64,000 bases of DNA. Source: Glycera tridactyla (taxonomy: Eukaryota). The translations under genes and the position numbers were made by a program. The notes beneath the pieces were generated by a model. The model made no database searches. It was not told where the DNA came from and saw only the letters and a list, made by a program, of their open reading frames with translations. This document shows, piece after piece, positions 12,965 to 22,221 of the stretch. How positions within the stretch are numbered: the stretch's first letter is position 1; every line of letters starts with the position of its first letter. The stretch is taken from assembly GCA_965644265.1 (NCBI GenBank), contig OZ286472.1, positions 52,514,001 through 52,578,000 on the forward strand. The letters are read 5' to 3'.

Positions 12965-15292
12965 CAATCAAAATATGAGTGAAGCGTGACCTAATGCATA
13001 GCATATTTTGTTTTTCCTAAAGCCTATTTCTCGAATTCAATTTTTACTAGAAAGGTGTTCATAGGACACGGATGCCTCCGCTGAGACCCTGACCTATGAG
13101 TGAGCGACAATTTTTGCACATAACATGTCATCTTCATACCAAAATGTCATTGATACCCAGGCTCATCTGACCCAGCATCTGTAATATGCATGCTAAAACT
13201 GAATGCAAAATTCAAAAAGTGACCCAATCGGCCTAATTACTAAGTTGTGAACAAGAATTACACACAAAATATAACCAATAACAATCAATACATATTCAAT
13301 ACAAACTCTGAAATTGTTTGTGGCCATCGGATACTAGTGGCCATCGGATACTATCTATTTAGATAGTGTAGCCATTTGGTACCCACAGGTGGCAATGTAT
13401 GTGCACACACACATCTTTTTAGTGATAGAAATCATGTCAGAGACATATTTCCAGATTGTACTGGCAGCAGGTTGGTTGGTTGGTTGGTTCTGGTTTAACG
13501 TCACGTCAGCACCATCTGGGCTATATTGTGACGCCCATGCAATGGGCATGGGTAGGATCTTCCAAGACTCCTCCTTCTGGGTCCCCAATAGAAGGTGAAA
13601 TGATATGAAAATCACAGACACACTATGTGCCATTTCAGAGTCTGGCAGCAGGTCCATGAAATGTGTTCCAAATGCCCAAATTATTTTATTGGCTTGTATG
13701 GGATTTGAACCATCAACCTTCCAGTTTGGCACCTTCGCCAGCAACAAACCTGCCAATGCTCCTGTCCTCTACACCACGGCGGATCCACAAAAATGATTCA
13801 CTGTGGATGCAGTTAAGCCAGAGCACTGGCAATGTGTTACCCCTAAAGGTCAATATATCACGAAACCTGGCACTCACATTCACACACATTTTTTCAGTGA
13901 AAGAAATCATGTCAGAGACATATTTCGAGATTGTACTAGCAACAGGTCCATGAAATGTGTTCCAAATGCCCAAATTATTTTTGGCTTGTATGGGACACAC
14001 ACAAACACACACACACACACACACACAAACATATGCATGCACACCTACAGGCCCAGGCACAGGCACAAATGCAAGCACACACACACACACACACTCATTT
14101 TTTTTAATTGATTAGGAATGGGAAAGGCAAGGGAAGGAAAGGATGAAATCAACACCCTAGTCATTGTTAAAGAATTCAATTGGTGATTACCACTGGAGAA
14201 CCTTACATAATGATGAAAGCAAAGCCCAGAGGAGTGCGTTCATTACGGAGAGGTCTCACACAATAGAGACTCAGCGAATGATATGCGTCAATTTCAGCTA
14301 TTTCAAGAATGTGCACTCTTAAGCAAGTTAGGCTCGTACACAGATGCGAGCAAAGTGGCCTAATTGCCAATTTGTTGATAAAAAATTCACACAAAACATG
14401 ACCAGGCTTTATGCCCAATGCTCTTTTCTCACTAATGAAACAATCATAATCAAAATCCATCAAGAATTGAAGGAGATACAATTTCAGTGTCACCTGGCTA
14501 ATGACCCAATTAGTCTAATCACCAAGTCATTATCAAGAAAGTCACACAAAATATGACCAGGATCTGTGTGCAATGGTTGATTCTAACCAATAAAACATTC
14601 AGAATCAAAATCCATTGAGAATTGAGAAAGGAGATACAGTTTTCGTGATTTTTAGCTGAAAACCCAATTAGGTGTGACACAATTAGCCTAATTACTGAGT
14701 TTTGAAGAAGAATTTTTGAAAAAAAACCTATCCAACTTTTGTGGGCAAAGCTTATATCTCACCAATAAATCAACCAGAATCAAAATCCATCGAAAATTGA
14801 GGGAGGAGGTACGTCTTGCATAATCACTCAATTAGCCTAATTACTAAGTCATTAATGAGACTTTCACACAAAACATGACTAGGATGTGTGTGTAATGCTT
14901 GGTTCTGTCTAATAAAACAATCAGAATAAAAATCCATCAAGAAATGAGGGAGGAGATGCAATGTCTGTGAATTGTGGACGACGACGGACGACGGACGACA
15001 GACGACAGAGGCCACCATTTGCCAGGAAATCACTCAAGCATGATGGTTCTTGCTCATGACTCATCGCCCTCATATGATGATCATGTGTACCAAGTTTTAT
15101 GAAAATCCAGTCATGGATGGCAGAGTTATGCGCCGGACACAAATTGACCAATCAGGGGCCACCATTTGGCGGGAAATCAGTCAAGCATGACGGTTCTTGC
15201 TCATGACACATTGCCCCTATATGATGATCATGTGTACCAAGTTTTATGAAGATCCAGTCATGGATGGCAAAGTAATGGGCGGGACACAGACT

Positions 15293-15339
<47 letters not shown>

Positions 15340-15392
15340 CAGGGTAAACATTATATGCCATCCGCAATGATATGACGGAGGCATAAAAATAT
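12965..15392. mobile_element. Helentron/HINE-like non-autonomous repeat complex with internal ~150-bp repeats and CA microsatellites
   Basis: Repeated acaaaacatgaccagg...aaaatccat units (14392, 14546, 14869); catgtgtaccaagtttt units; terminus tatatgccatccgc...ggaggcataaaaa at 15353-15389. Paralogous blocks at 61.8-64.0 kb. Confidence 0.55.
13472..13641 (-). mobile_element. Short retroposon with I/Nimb-type 3' tail, flanked by an 11-bp TSD
   Basis: ctggcagcagg at 13461-13471 and 13642-13652; (ttgg)n tail then tttaacgtcac...gggctatattgtgacg. Closely related copy at 56670-56830. Confidence 0.8.
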
Positions 15393-15469
15393 CACACGTC
15401 AGGTCTGGTGTATTTGTTGTCTGTTTTATATGTTTTCCCGACTTAAAAGAATTTGTTGCACGAGGCGTC

Positions 15470-15821
15470 TCGTGTAGGGGATGCCCTCAGAGCCTATATA
15501 ACACGGTGCCTCGCTGATCTCGGCCTCACTTCCGTTTAGCTTCCAAGGTATGCAGACGTACCCTTTATCTCTACTCATCTTACACGGTGCCTTGCAGTTC
15601 TCGGCCTCACTTCCGTTTAGCCTCCAAGGTATGCAGACGTACCCTTTATCTCTATTTTATCTTACACTTGCTTGTCATGGCATGTCATCCCCATAGAGCA
15701 ATGGCTAGGCAGGCAGCCTACCGCCTGTATTTCAGGTCATTCATTTATCAAACACCATGAAGATGTGCTTTTGGAGAGAGTTATCAAAGCTGGTTTACAT
15801 GAGGAAACAGATAATGGTAAT
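15470..15821 (+). mobile_element. Host Ngaro H, part 1 (promoter, duplicated leader, SGNH N-terminus)
   Basis: TATATAA 15495; donor AAG|GTATGC 15548, duplicated at 15629 (81-bp unit); PIEQWLGRQPTACISGHSF...ETDNGN ending at AAT 15819-15821. Confidence 0.8.
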
Positions 15822-15931
15822 CTGATTTCTTTAGAAATCTATTTTTGAGAAAGGACATAAAGTAGTGGCTGTTAGTTTCAAACACGCTCACTAGGTGGTA
15901 GGATCTCTCCCTTAGGGGACTATTTTGTGTC
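15822..15931 (+). repeat. Split direct repeat A1 of N4 (110 bp)
   Basis: Identical base for base to 22237-22346. Confidence 0.9.
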
Positions 15932-16078
15932 TAGAACTTTGTCATAAGAATTTATTCCAAATGAACGGCAAGCTATAGATGTCTATAATTTTGTCTATTA
16001 TATATTGTCTACCTTTGTTACAAAAATCTTTCTTGTTTTAGGAATTTGGAAGATGTGACCAGTGGCGCCCTCACTGCA

Positions 16079-16137
16079 TATATAAAGCAGAAACACGTGT
16101 TGCTCGGCCCATTTCGGTTGAGTCGTTGAAGGTGACG
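16079..16137 (+). promoter_or_regulatory. TATA box, ~25-nt non-coding leader exon and 5' splice donor
   Basis: TATATAAA 16079; AAG|GTGACG 16132. TATA-to-donor spacing is 53-55 nt in five copies. Confidence 0.65.
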
Positions 16138-16174
16138 TGTTTATTCTTTCAACCTATCTTGTCCAATTTGGTTT

Positions 16175-16927
16175 ATGGCTTGTTTCAGACCTAAGGCACC
16201 TTTTGTGCCTATCGAACAGTGGCTAGGGCGGAAGCCCAAGGCCCTTATTCTTGGTCATTCGTTTGTAAGACATCAAAATGAAGATTTATGGGACCAAATC
16301 GTGGATAAGGGTTGGCAAGCTGACATTGATTCTGGCCGCTTGAAACGTGGAGTAGCTAACGCGCGACTCATGAACCTATCTGAAACGTTCCAAGAGGTTA
16401 ACTTTAGAACGTGTCACTTTCTCAAAGCATACCCTACCAACTCTGATATAGACGATGAACTATTGGCACTCCATGCCTTAGCTCCGGACGTTGTATTGCT
16501 AGACTTTGGGTCTAATGACCTAGTTAGACCGGAAAACAATGCTACTAATTTAGCACAACAACTTGTTGATATGGGCCGTTATATCCATACACTATCTTCG
16601 GTGAGAATTGTCTGCTTCATGTCTTGTTTAGACAGAACCTCTGCTCCTTCTTTTTTCCGGAAAAGAGCGCTGGAATTCAATTGTTACCTAGAGTGGGTAT
16701 GTGAAAATGAATTTGGCCTTCGCTTCCATGAAACCAGGGGGTTTGGGAGGTTGGAACCTTTCACACCACGTACTGTCTCTAAATGGAGTCCGGATGGCAT
16801 CCACCCTCTCAAAGGGTCAGTCTACTTTCGACGATATAGATTACAGCTTCGTCAAGCGCTTTTATCAAGCATTCCGGATCTTGGAAGGGCTATTCGTAAC
16901 TTCCGGATACGGGCTCCACTCAACTGA
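16175..16927 (+). CDS. SGNH/GDSL-type hydrolase (esterase), intact
   Basis: Block I ILGHSF (Ser nucleophile), block III DFGSNDL, block V DGIHP; 250 aa. Confidence 0.85.
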   Translation: MACFRPKAPFVPIEQWLGRKPKALILGHSFVRHQNEDLWDQIVDKGWQADIDSGRLKRGVANARLMNLSETFQEVNFRTCHFLKAYPTNSDIDDELLALHALAPDVVLLDFGSNDLVRPENNATNLAQQLVDMGRYIHTLSSVRIVCFMSCLDRTSAPSFFRKRALEFNCYLEWVCENEFGLRFHETRGFGRLEPFTPRTVSKWSPDGIHPLKGSVYFRRYRLQLRQALLSSIPDLGRAIRNFRIRAPLN

Positions 16928-17072
16928 AATGGGCTAGTTATGTGAGATTCTGTTGTTTTTCATTTGTTATACATTATTTTCACAAGTTATCTTTATTTAT
17001 TTTCGTTTCTTTATGAAACTGGTTATGTTAGTCATGCACAAATACCTGTGGGAATTTGTTTCGGTTTTTTAG

Positions 17073-18980
17073 ATGGCCAAACGTGGCCACTCCCTTGATA
17101 CGGATGAGCGTATCAAACGCAAACCTGAAGCAGTTGGTAGACATCCGGATTCTGTGGATTATGTGATCGTCGATGGACATTGCAGCAGCAAGGATCCTTT
17201 CCTAGATCTCTTAGGGGTTAAGGATACTCAAGCTAGCGCTCCTTCTCAGGTTGGTGATTCACAGTTATCGCAGATACCGTGTGCTCAACCCGTTAATAGT
17301 TCATCTGGAACTATCTTCACTCAATCTGCTGGGAGCCTTTCTTTTGAATCCCAACGCTTATCAATGGGTCAAAAATTGGATAGGCTTCAAAGACATGCTG
17401 CCAATGCGACATCAGTACAGAATAGGCATGTTATCAGCTCCGTGGGACAACCATTCGCCCAGCACACGCATACTGCCTCTGTTTTTAACCCTATCCTCAG
17501 CCAACCTCAGTGTATTCCTTCTAATGCTTTGAATGATAACAGTATGAACTTTTCTTTACACAGGCAATCTCTGCCGGACGAGCGAGCTGACCTTCGTTCA
17601 GCACTAGCATCTGCTGCAAACCAAATGGAGAATCTGTCCACCTTTATGACTGGCATTCAGGAACGTTTAGACGCTATAGACGATGGGCAACACACCAACC
17701 ATTTAAAGGGCAACAACATTCCGACATCTTGTCAAGGTAATTTCTCTTCAGCTAGTTCCTTACCCAGGGCGTCGGCTAAAGATTCAGACATGCGCTCAAA
17801 AATCGCTTCAAACAATTCATCTTCTCTCTTTCCCATGGGATTTGTGCATGACAGACTGACTCACGGACAAACGAACTTGCATACGTTAACGAATACGCAC
17901 TTATCTAACGACAAAGACGATCGCTTGAATTCATCTTCTCGCGGTTCAGGAATTTTTCCCTTTCCGCAGAATACAGGTTCTGGTAATCTTCCTTCTTATA
18001 ATACTGTTTCGATGCCAGGTTCGGGATACATGTCTGTTCCGAATGTTTCTGATTCGCACCACATGTCCATGTATCAATTACTAGAGAATCTAAGATCTGG
18101 AGTGAATAGTAATACTACTGCCTCCACTCGGGCTCTTACGGATGCAGAAAAACAAATGGGTTTCCGTTTACCAATTCAGGGTTCTGAGGGTGATTCTCCC
18201 TCTTCTCCATTTGGTGTTTTTCCCACAGCTAAACATGTAGGTATTCCAGCCATAGATAACCCGGAAGCTAGACCTATCATTACGGCAGGGCTACCCATTG
18301 GTTTTGCAGTGGATCTCCAAACCAGGATCGACATTTGGCAAGATAAGTTTATAGACCTTGCTGAATTGCTTCAACCTGCTCATTTTGGAAACCAACAATA
18401 TCGTGTTGACGGGAAAACAGGGCAGTTCGTAGCTGCTAAAAAACGGAAAGCCATTAGAACGATTCACGAATGGGACCAAGCTTTCTTGGTTTTTCAAGCT
18501 ATCTATAATCAGCACCCCTTTAAAAGCATGGAACAAAAAGCACGAGATGGGTGTGATTTGCTAACTCACGTAAACGAAGTACGTGATATAGCTGCTAAAG
18601 GTGGTAACTTTCTCTTTTATGATATTAACTTTCGTGCTTTGAGAGCCCAAATGGCTTCTCCTTTTCCCTGGTCCACTTTTCACGTATCTTTGCATCAGAA
18701 GTCTTGGAAGACGGATATAGTGGATGGTTCTTCTGTTAAATCGGAAGCCTCTTCTTCTTCTTCCCCTAAAATTCCAAAAGGGGTCTGTCAGCTATTTAAT
18801 GCTCAAGGCAAACGTTGCCTTTTCCCAAACTGCATTTTTAAACACATTTGTGCCACCTGTTCAGGTTCTCACACGGTTTATGCATGCAGGAATGTCGGAA
18901 GTCATGGATCACAGAGTTCGGGAGTTAAATGCAAGTTTGCTGGAGGTAACGACTCCAATAAACCCTCTACGTCTCAATAG
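17073..18980 (+). CDS. gag: Gag-like ORF1 with C-terminal CCCH and CxxC-H-C zinc fingers
   Basis: 635 aa; GLPIG...WQDKFIDLAELL...IHEWDQAF core; CQLFNAQGKRCLFPNCIFKHICATCSGSHTVYAC. Confidence 0.85.
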   Translation: MAKRGHSLDTDERIKRKPEAVGRHPDSVDYVIVDGHCSSKDPFLDLLGVKDTQASAPSQVGDSQLSQIPCAQPVNSSSGTIFTQSAGSLSFESQRLSMGQKLDRLQRHAANATSVQNRHVISSVGQPFAQHTHTASVFNPILSQPQCIPSNALNDNSMNFSLHRQSLPDERADLRSALASAANQMENLSTFMTGIQERLDAIDDGQHTNHLKGNNIPTSCQGNFSSASSLPRASAKDSDMRSKIASNNSSSLFPMGFVHDRLTHGQTNLHTLTNTHLSNDKDDRLNSSSRGSGIFPFPQNTGSGNLPSYNTVSMPGSGYMSVPNVSDSHHMSMYQLLENLRSGVNSNTTASTRALTDAEKQMGFRLPIQGSEGDSPSSPFGVFPTAKHVGIPAIDNPEARPIITAGLPIGFAVDLQTRIDIWQDKFIDLAELLQPAHFGNQQYRVDGKTGQFVAAKKRKAIRTIHEWDQAFLVFQAIYNQHPFKSMEQKARDGCDLLTHVNEVRDIAAKGGNFLFYDINFRALRAQMASPFPWSTFHVSLHQKSWKTDIVDGSSVKSEASSSSSPKIPKGVCQLFNAQGKRCLFPNCIFKHICATCSGSHTVYACRNVGSHGSQSSGVKCKFAGGNDSNKPSTSQ

Positions 18981-20535
18981 CTATTTAGAAGGGTTTCCTC
19001 CAGGTGAGAGGAATTATATTGTTGAAGGTTTTACTCGAGGCTTTGACATTGGGTTTACAGGTTTATCTCCTGCTTATAGGGGTCAAAATTCTCCTTCTAT
19101 TCAAGAGAATTGGGAGGTAGCTCATCGTCTAGTTTTAGACGAAGTTAATCTTGGCCGTATTGCGGGTCCATTTTCAGAGCCACCTTACTTAAATTTACAG
19201 GTCTCCCCTATATCGGTAGTACCGAAATGTGCTCCAGGGTCATTCAGACTTATTCATAATCTTTCAGCACCTTATAATGTACATTCAATTAATTTTCATA
19301 TACAAGACTCTGCAGCTTCTGTTCAATACATGACAACGCAAAAGGTTATTGATTACGTGATCGATATAGGCAAGTCAGCTTATATTTGCAAATCAGATAT
19401 TAAATCTGCCTTTCGTATTGTTCCGATAAAGCCAGACCAATTTCATCTTATGGGTCTACGCCTTGGTTCTGATTTCTACATCAATAAATGCTTAGCCATG
19501 GGAGCGAGATCCTCCTGCAAAATCTTCGAACGTTTTTCCTGTGCCATACAGTGGATTTGCAATCATAAGCTAGGCATCTCCTGTATGGCGCATATGATTG
19601 ACGACTTCTGTATCGTCGCTAATGGCTATGATGAGTGTTGTAGGCAGCTGGCCGTTTTTCAGTCTTTTTGCTCAGAGATAGGCATTCCTCTTTGCCCCAA
19701 AAAGACGGAATATCCTCGACAAGCAATGTCATTTTTAGGCATTGAGATTGACGTAGTTAGAGGCTTTGCTCGTATTCCTACAGATAAGCTATCCAAATAT
19801 GCTCAGGCTATTGAGCATATATTAAGCGCAGGTTGCTGCTCCTTTGGGGTAATGCGTTCACTAGTGGGCAAATTGAATTGGAGTGCATCGTTAATTCCTA
19901 CGGGCAAGTCCTTTTTGCATGGGTTGATTGACTCCACTAAAGGTTTATCCAACCCAGCACACATGATTGTCTTTTCAAATGCTGTAGTTAAGGACTTGTC
20001 CATGTGGCTTACATTTCTTTCATCTTATAACGGATACTCTTTCCTTAGAGATGTCACGATGAGACGCCATCATCCGGAACACATTTTCTCTGATGCCTGT
20101 AAATTTGGGGCTGGCGTTATTTACCGAAACCTATGGTTTAAACTTGATTTCATAGGCAAGTGGTGTGAACAAAATATCGCCTTTTTGGAATTTTTTCCTC
20201 TTCTAGTTGCTTTGGTAGTTTTCAGATTATCTTTGTGCCACAAAAAGGTCTATTTTCATAGTGATAATATGGCCGTAGTTGAGGTGGTCAATAGGAGATC
20301 AGCTAAAGATCCCTTATTATTGAGCATTATGAGACACATAATGCTCTTCGTTCTTTTGAACGATATAGACATCCATGCGATTCACATTCCTGGGGTAGAG
20401 AATGATTTACCTGATCGCATTTCCCGATCTAATTTTTCACAGGACGATCTTCTCAAAGCAGGCCTAGCTTTGCATCCGGTTCCTGTACCCCAAGACTACG
20501 ATCCAACACTTTGTACCCGCTGGTGTGTCGTTTAG
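18724..20535 (+). CDS. pol: Reverse transcriptase + RNase H (Ngaro type)
   Basis: VTTPINP, LGRIAGPF, FRLIHNLSAP, KSDIKSAFR, HMIDDF, FLGIEID; RH: FSDAC, NIAFLEF, FHSDN, NDLPDRISR. The true start is uncertain (ATG 18724 or 18880). Confidence 0.92.
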   Translation: MVLLLNRKPLLLLPLKFQKGSVSYLMLKANVAFSQTAFLNTFVPPVQVLTRFMHAGMSEVMDHRVRELNASLLEVTTPINPLRLNSYLEGFPPGERNYIVEGFTRGFDIGFTGLSPAYRGQNSPSIQENWEVAHRLVLDEVNLGRIAGPFSEPPYLNLQVSPISVVPKCAPGSFRLIHNLSAPYNVHSINFHIQDSAASVQYMTTQKVIDYVIDIGKSAYICKSDIKSAFRIVPIKPDQFHLMGLRLGSDFYINKCLAMGARSSCKIFERFSCAIQWICNHKLGISCMAHMIDDFCIVANGYDECCRQLAVFQSFCSEIGIPLCPKKTEYPRQAMSFLGIEIDVVRGFARIPTDKLSKYAQAIEHILSAGCCSFGVMRSLVGKLNWSASLIPTGKSFLHGLIDSTKGLSNPAHMIVFSNAVVKDLSMWLTFLSSYNGYSFLRDVTMRRHHPEHIFSDACKFGAGVIYRNLWFKLDFIGKWCEQNIAFLEFFPLLVALVVFRLSLCHKKVYFHSDNMAVVEVVNRRSAKDPLLLSIMRHIMLFVLLNDIDIHAIHIPGVENDLPDRISRSNFSQDDLLKAGLALHPVPVPQDYDPTLCTRWCVV

Positions 20536-21404
20536 TGGAAAGCTCTTTCGCACGTTCCACAGTAGTGAATTATAATAAGGTCTGGTCAGATTTTTGTACT
20601 TTTACTTATGAACATCAGCTTATTTGGTCTTACGAAGCCGTGGCTTTATATGTAGCTTTTCTCTACCAGCAGGGTTTGAAAGCAAATTCTATCAAATCTC
20701 GTTTATCGGCTATATCCCACGGTTTGAAACTATTTAACGAATCGGATTGGTGCAAACATTATTTGGTGGTACGTACAGTCATGGGCATTAGTAAGGAAGT
20801 TTCCGTGGCTGACCAACGTTGGCCTATTAACAAATCTTTACTCAATCTATTAGTAGAAGCTATTGTTTCTACTTTGGGCATTTCCTTTGATGCTTTGCTT
20901 TTGACAGCTATTTTTTCATGGGCATACACTGCTTGCCTTCGGGTATCCGAATATTCTAAGACTGGTTCGAGTAATCATGCTATTCAATTTCATGATATTG
21001 CTCCTATTGGCGAGCTTGGTAACTTGGTTGCTTTCGAGTTAGTTCTACGTTCGTATAAATTTTCATCTGGACAAAGAACCTTTATACTCAAGCAAGACCT
21101 TAATTCTGTATCCTGTCCTGTAGCCGCTATGCAACGCTATTTGAATGTAAGAGGTACATGTCCAGGCCAACTTTTCATACGCAGCGGTAAGCCAGTGCTT
21201 AGTTCTTTTGTCAACCATTGGCTTAAGGTTATTGGGAACTTAGTCTTGGGTTCTAGTCATGGTTTAACTAGTCACTCATTTAGGATAGGCAGATGCCTTG
21301 ACTGGGCAGCGGAAGGATGTTCGGACGAGCAAATCAGGATTCGAGGTAGATGGTCGTCGTCAGCATTTCGTTCGTATGTGAGACCCAATTCGGTTATTCT
21401 GTAG
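20511..21404 (+). CDS. Tyrosine recombinase; frame open from ~20433 with no N-terminal ATG
   Basis: Catalytic residues: ACLRVSEY (R), SYKFS (K), SHSFRIG (HxxR), RGRWSS (W), AFRSYV (Y). Confidence 0.92.
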   Translation: MYPLVCRLVESSFARSTVVNYNKVWSDFCTFTYEHQLIWSYEAVALYVAFLYQQGLKANSIKSRLSAISHGLKLFNESDWCKHYLVVRTVMGISKEVSVADQRWPINKSLLNLLVEAIVSTLGISFDALLLTAIFSWAYTACLRVSEYSKTGSSNHAIQFHDIAPIGELGNLVAFELVLRSYKFSSGQRTFILKQDLNSVSCPVAAMQRYLNVRGTCPGQLFIRSGKPVLSSFVNHWLKVIGNLVLGSSHGLTSHSFRIGRCLDWAAEGCSDEQIRIRGRWSSSAFRSYVRPNSVIL

Positions 21405-21634
21405 GGCCGCCTGTTTCTTTAGTTATTGTGGGGCAGGCGTCTATATTTTTCCTGGATTGCTTATGTTTCGACTACGTTTGACGTCATCGTATGTCTTATG
21501 ACGTCATCACGCATCTCCATTGTCTTGTGACGTCACGTGATCCACATTCATCTGGGATATACCATGCTGCTGAATCATTGTGTTTTTCCTCTTCGGAGGC
21601 CTGTAACATGGGGGGGGGGAGGCTTTACTTCTTG

Positions 21635-21660
21635 AATAAATATGTGTTTGTGTATGATTT
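21635..21660 (+). terminator. Polyadenylation signal AATAAA with GT-rich downstream element
   Basis: G-run, then AATAAA 21635-21640, then tatgtgtttgtgt. Same arrangement in N6 at 30542. Confidence 0.55.
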
Positions 21661-22221
21661 ATATCTTGAATTCAACACCTTTGTTTTCCTTGTATTCAAT
21701 TAAAGGAGTTTACAGGATCCAGGTATCCTTATTGCTAGGGAGGTTTTCCTCCTGTATTCGAGCTGTTTAATTTTGTTGATGCTCAGCATCTAGTTGAAAT
21801 TTCCAGGGGAAAAATTCCATTTTCGACTCTGAAGTCTGCAAAAGCTAGTTGCGGTTCAGACTTCAAAGTCTTGTTACCTGTGCCTCCTGGCACTTTTTGG
21901 ATTAATTTCAAAATTCCAGTCATTAGGACTTGTAGTGCCAGGAGGCATGGGTGTTGACAATTTGAGAACTATGAGCCAGACATAACACTAAATGTTATTT
22001 CTTTTGTACACTTCTCCCAGCAATCAGTGCTAATCAATATCACGTAAGTCTGCGGGCTTAGAATGAGTCACAACCTAAGTGGATGCTTAGGCGCTTAGGC
22101 TTATGATCATTGCAAGAATTACACTTATACTTGGCATACGCAGTAACACACAAAGACCATGATACGATTTGACTTCATTGATGGAATTCTGCATAATATT
22201 GGTGTCTTCTTACTATTATGG

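Noticed and set aside
13602-13638. Hammerhead ribozyme in the recurring motif (GAAA and CUGUGA on the - strand)
   Set aside because: CUGANGA is incomplete and there is no stem III or UH site between the core segments.
13355-15367. ORFs with CVCVCV, THTHT or SVCL runs (also at 7662-7987, 61790-63901)
   Set aside because: Translations of microsatellites and non-autonomous repeats, not genes.
20429-20433. CTAAT as the branch point for the YR acceptor
   Set aside because: Only ~8 nt from the AG, closer than usual; not used as evidence.
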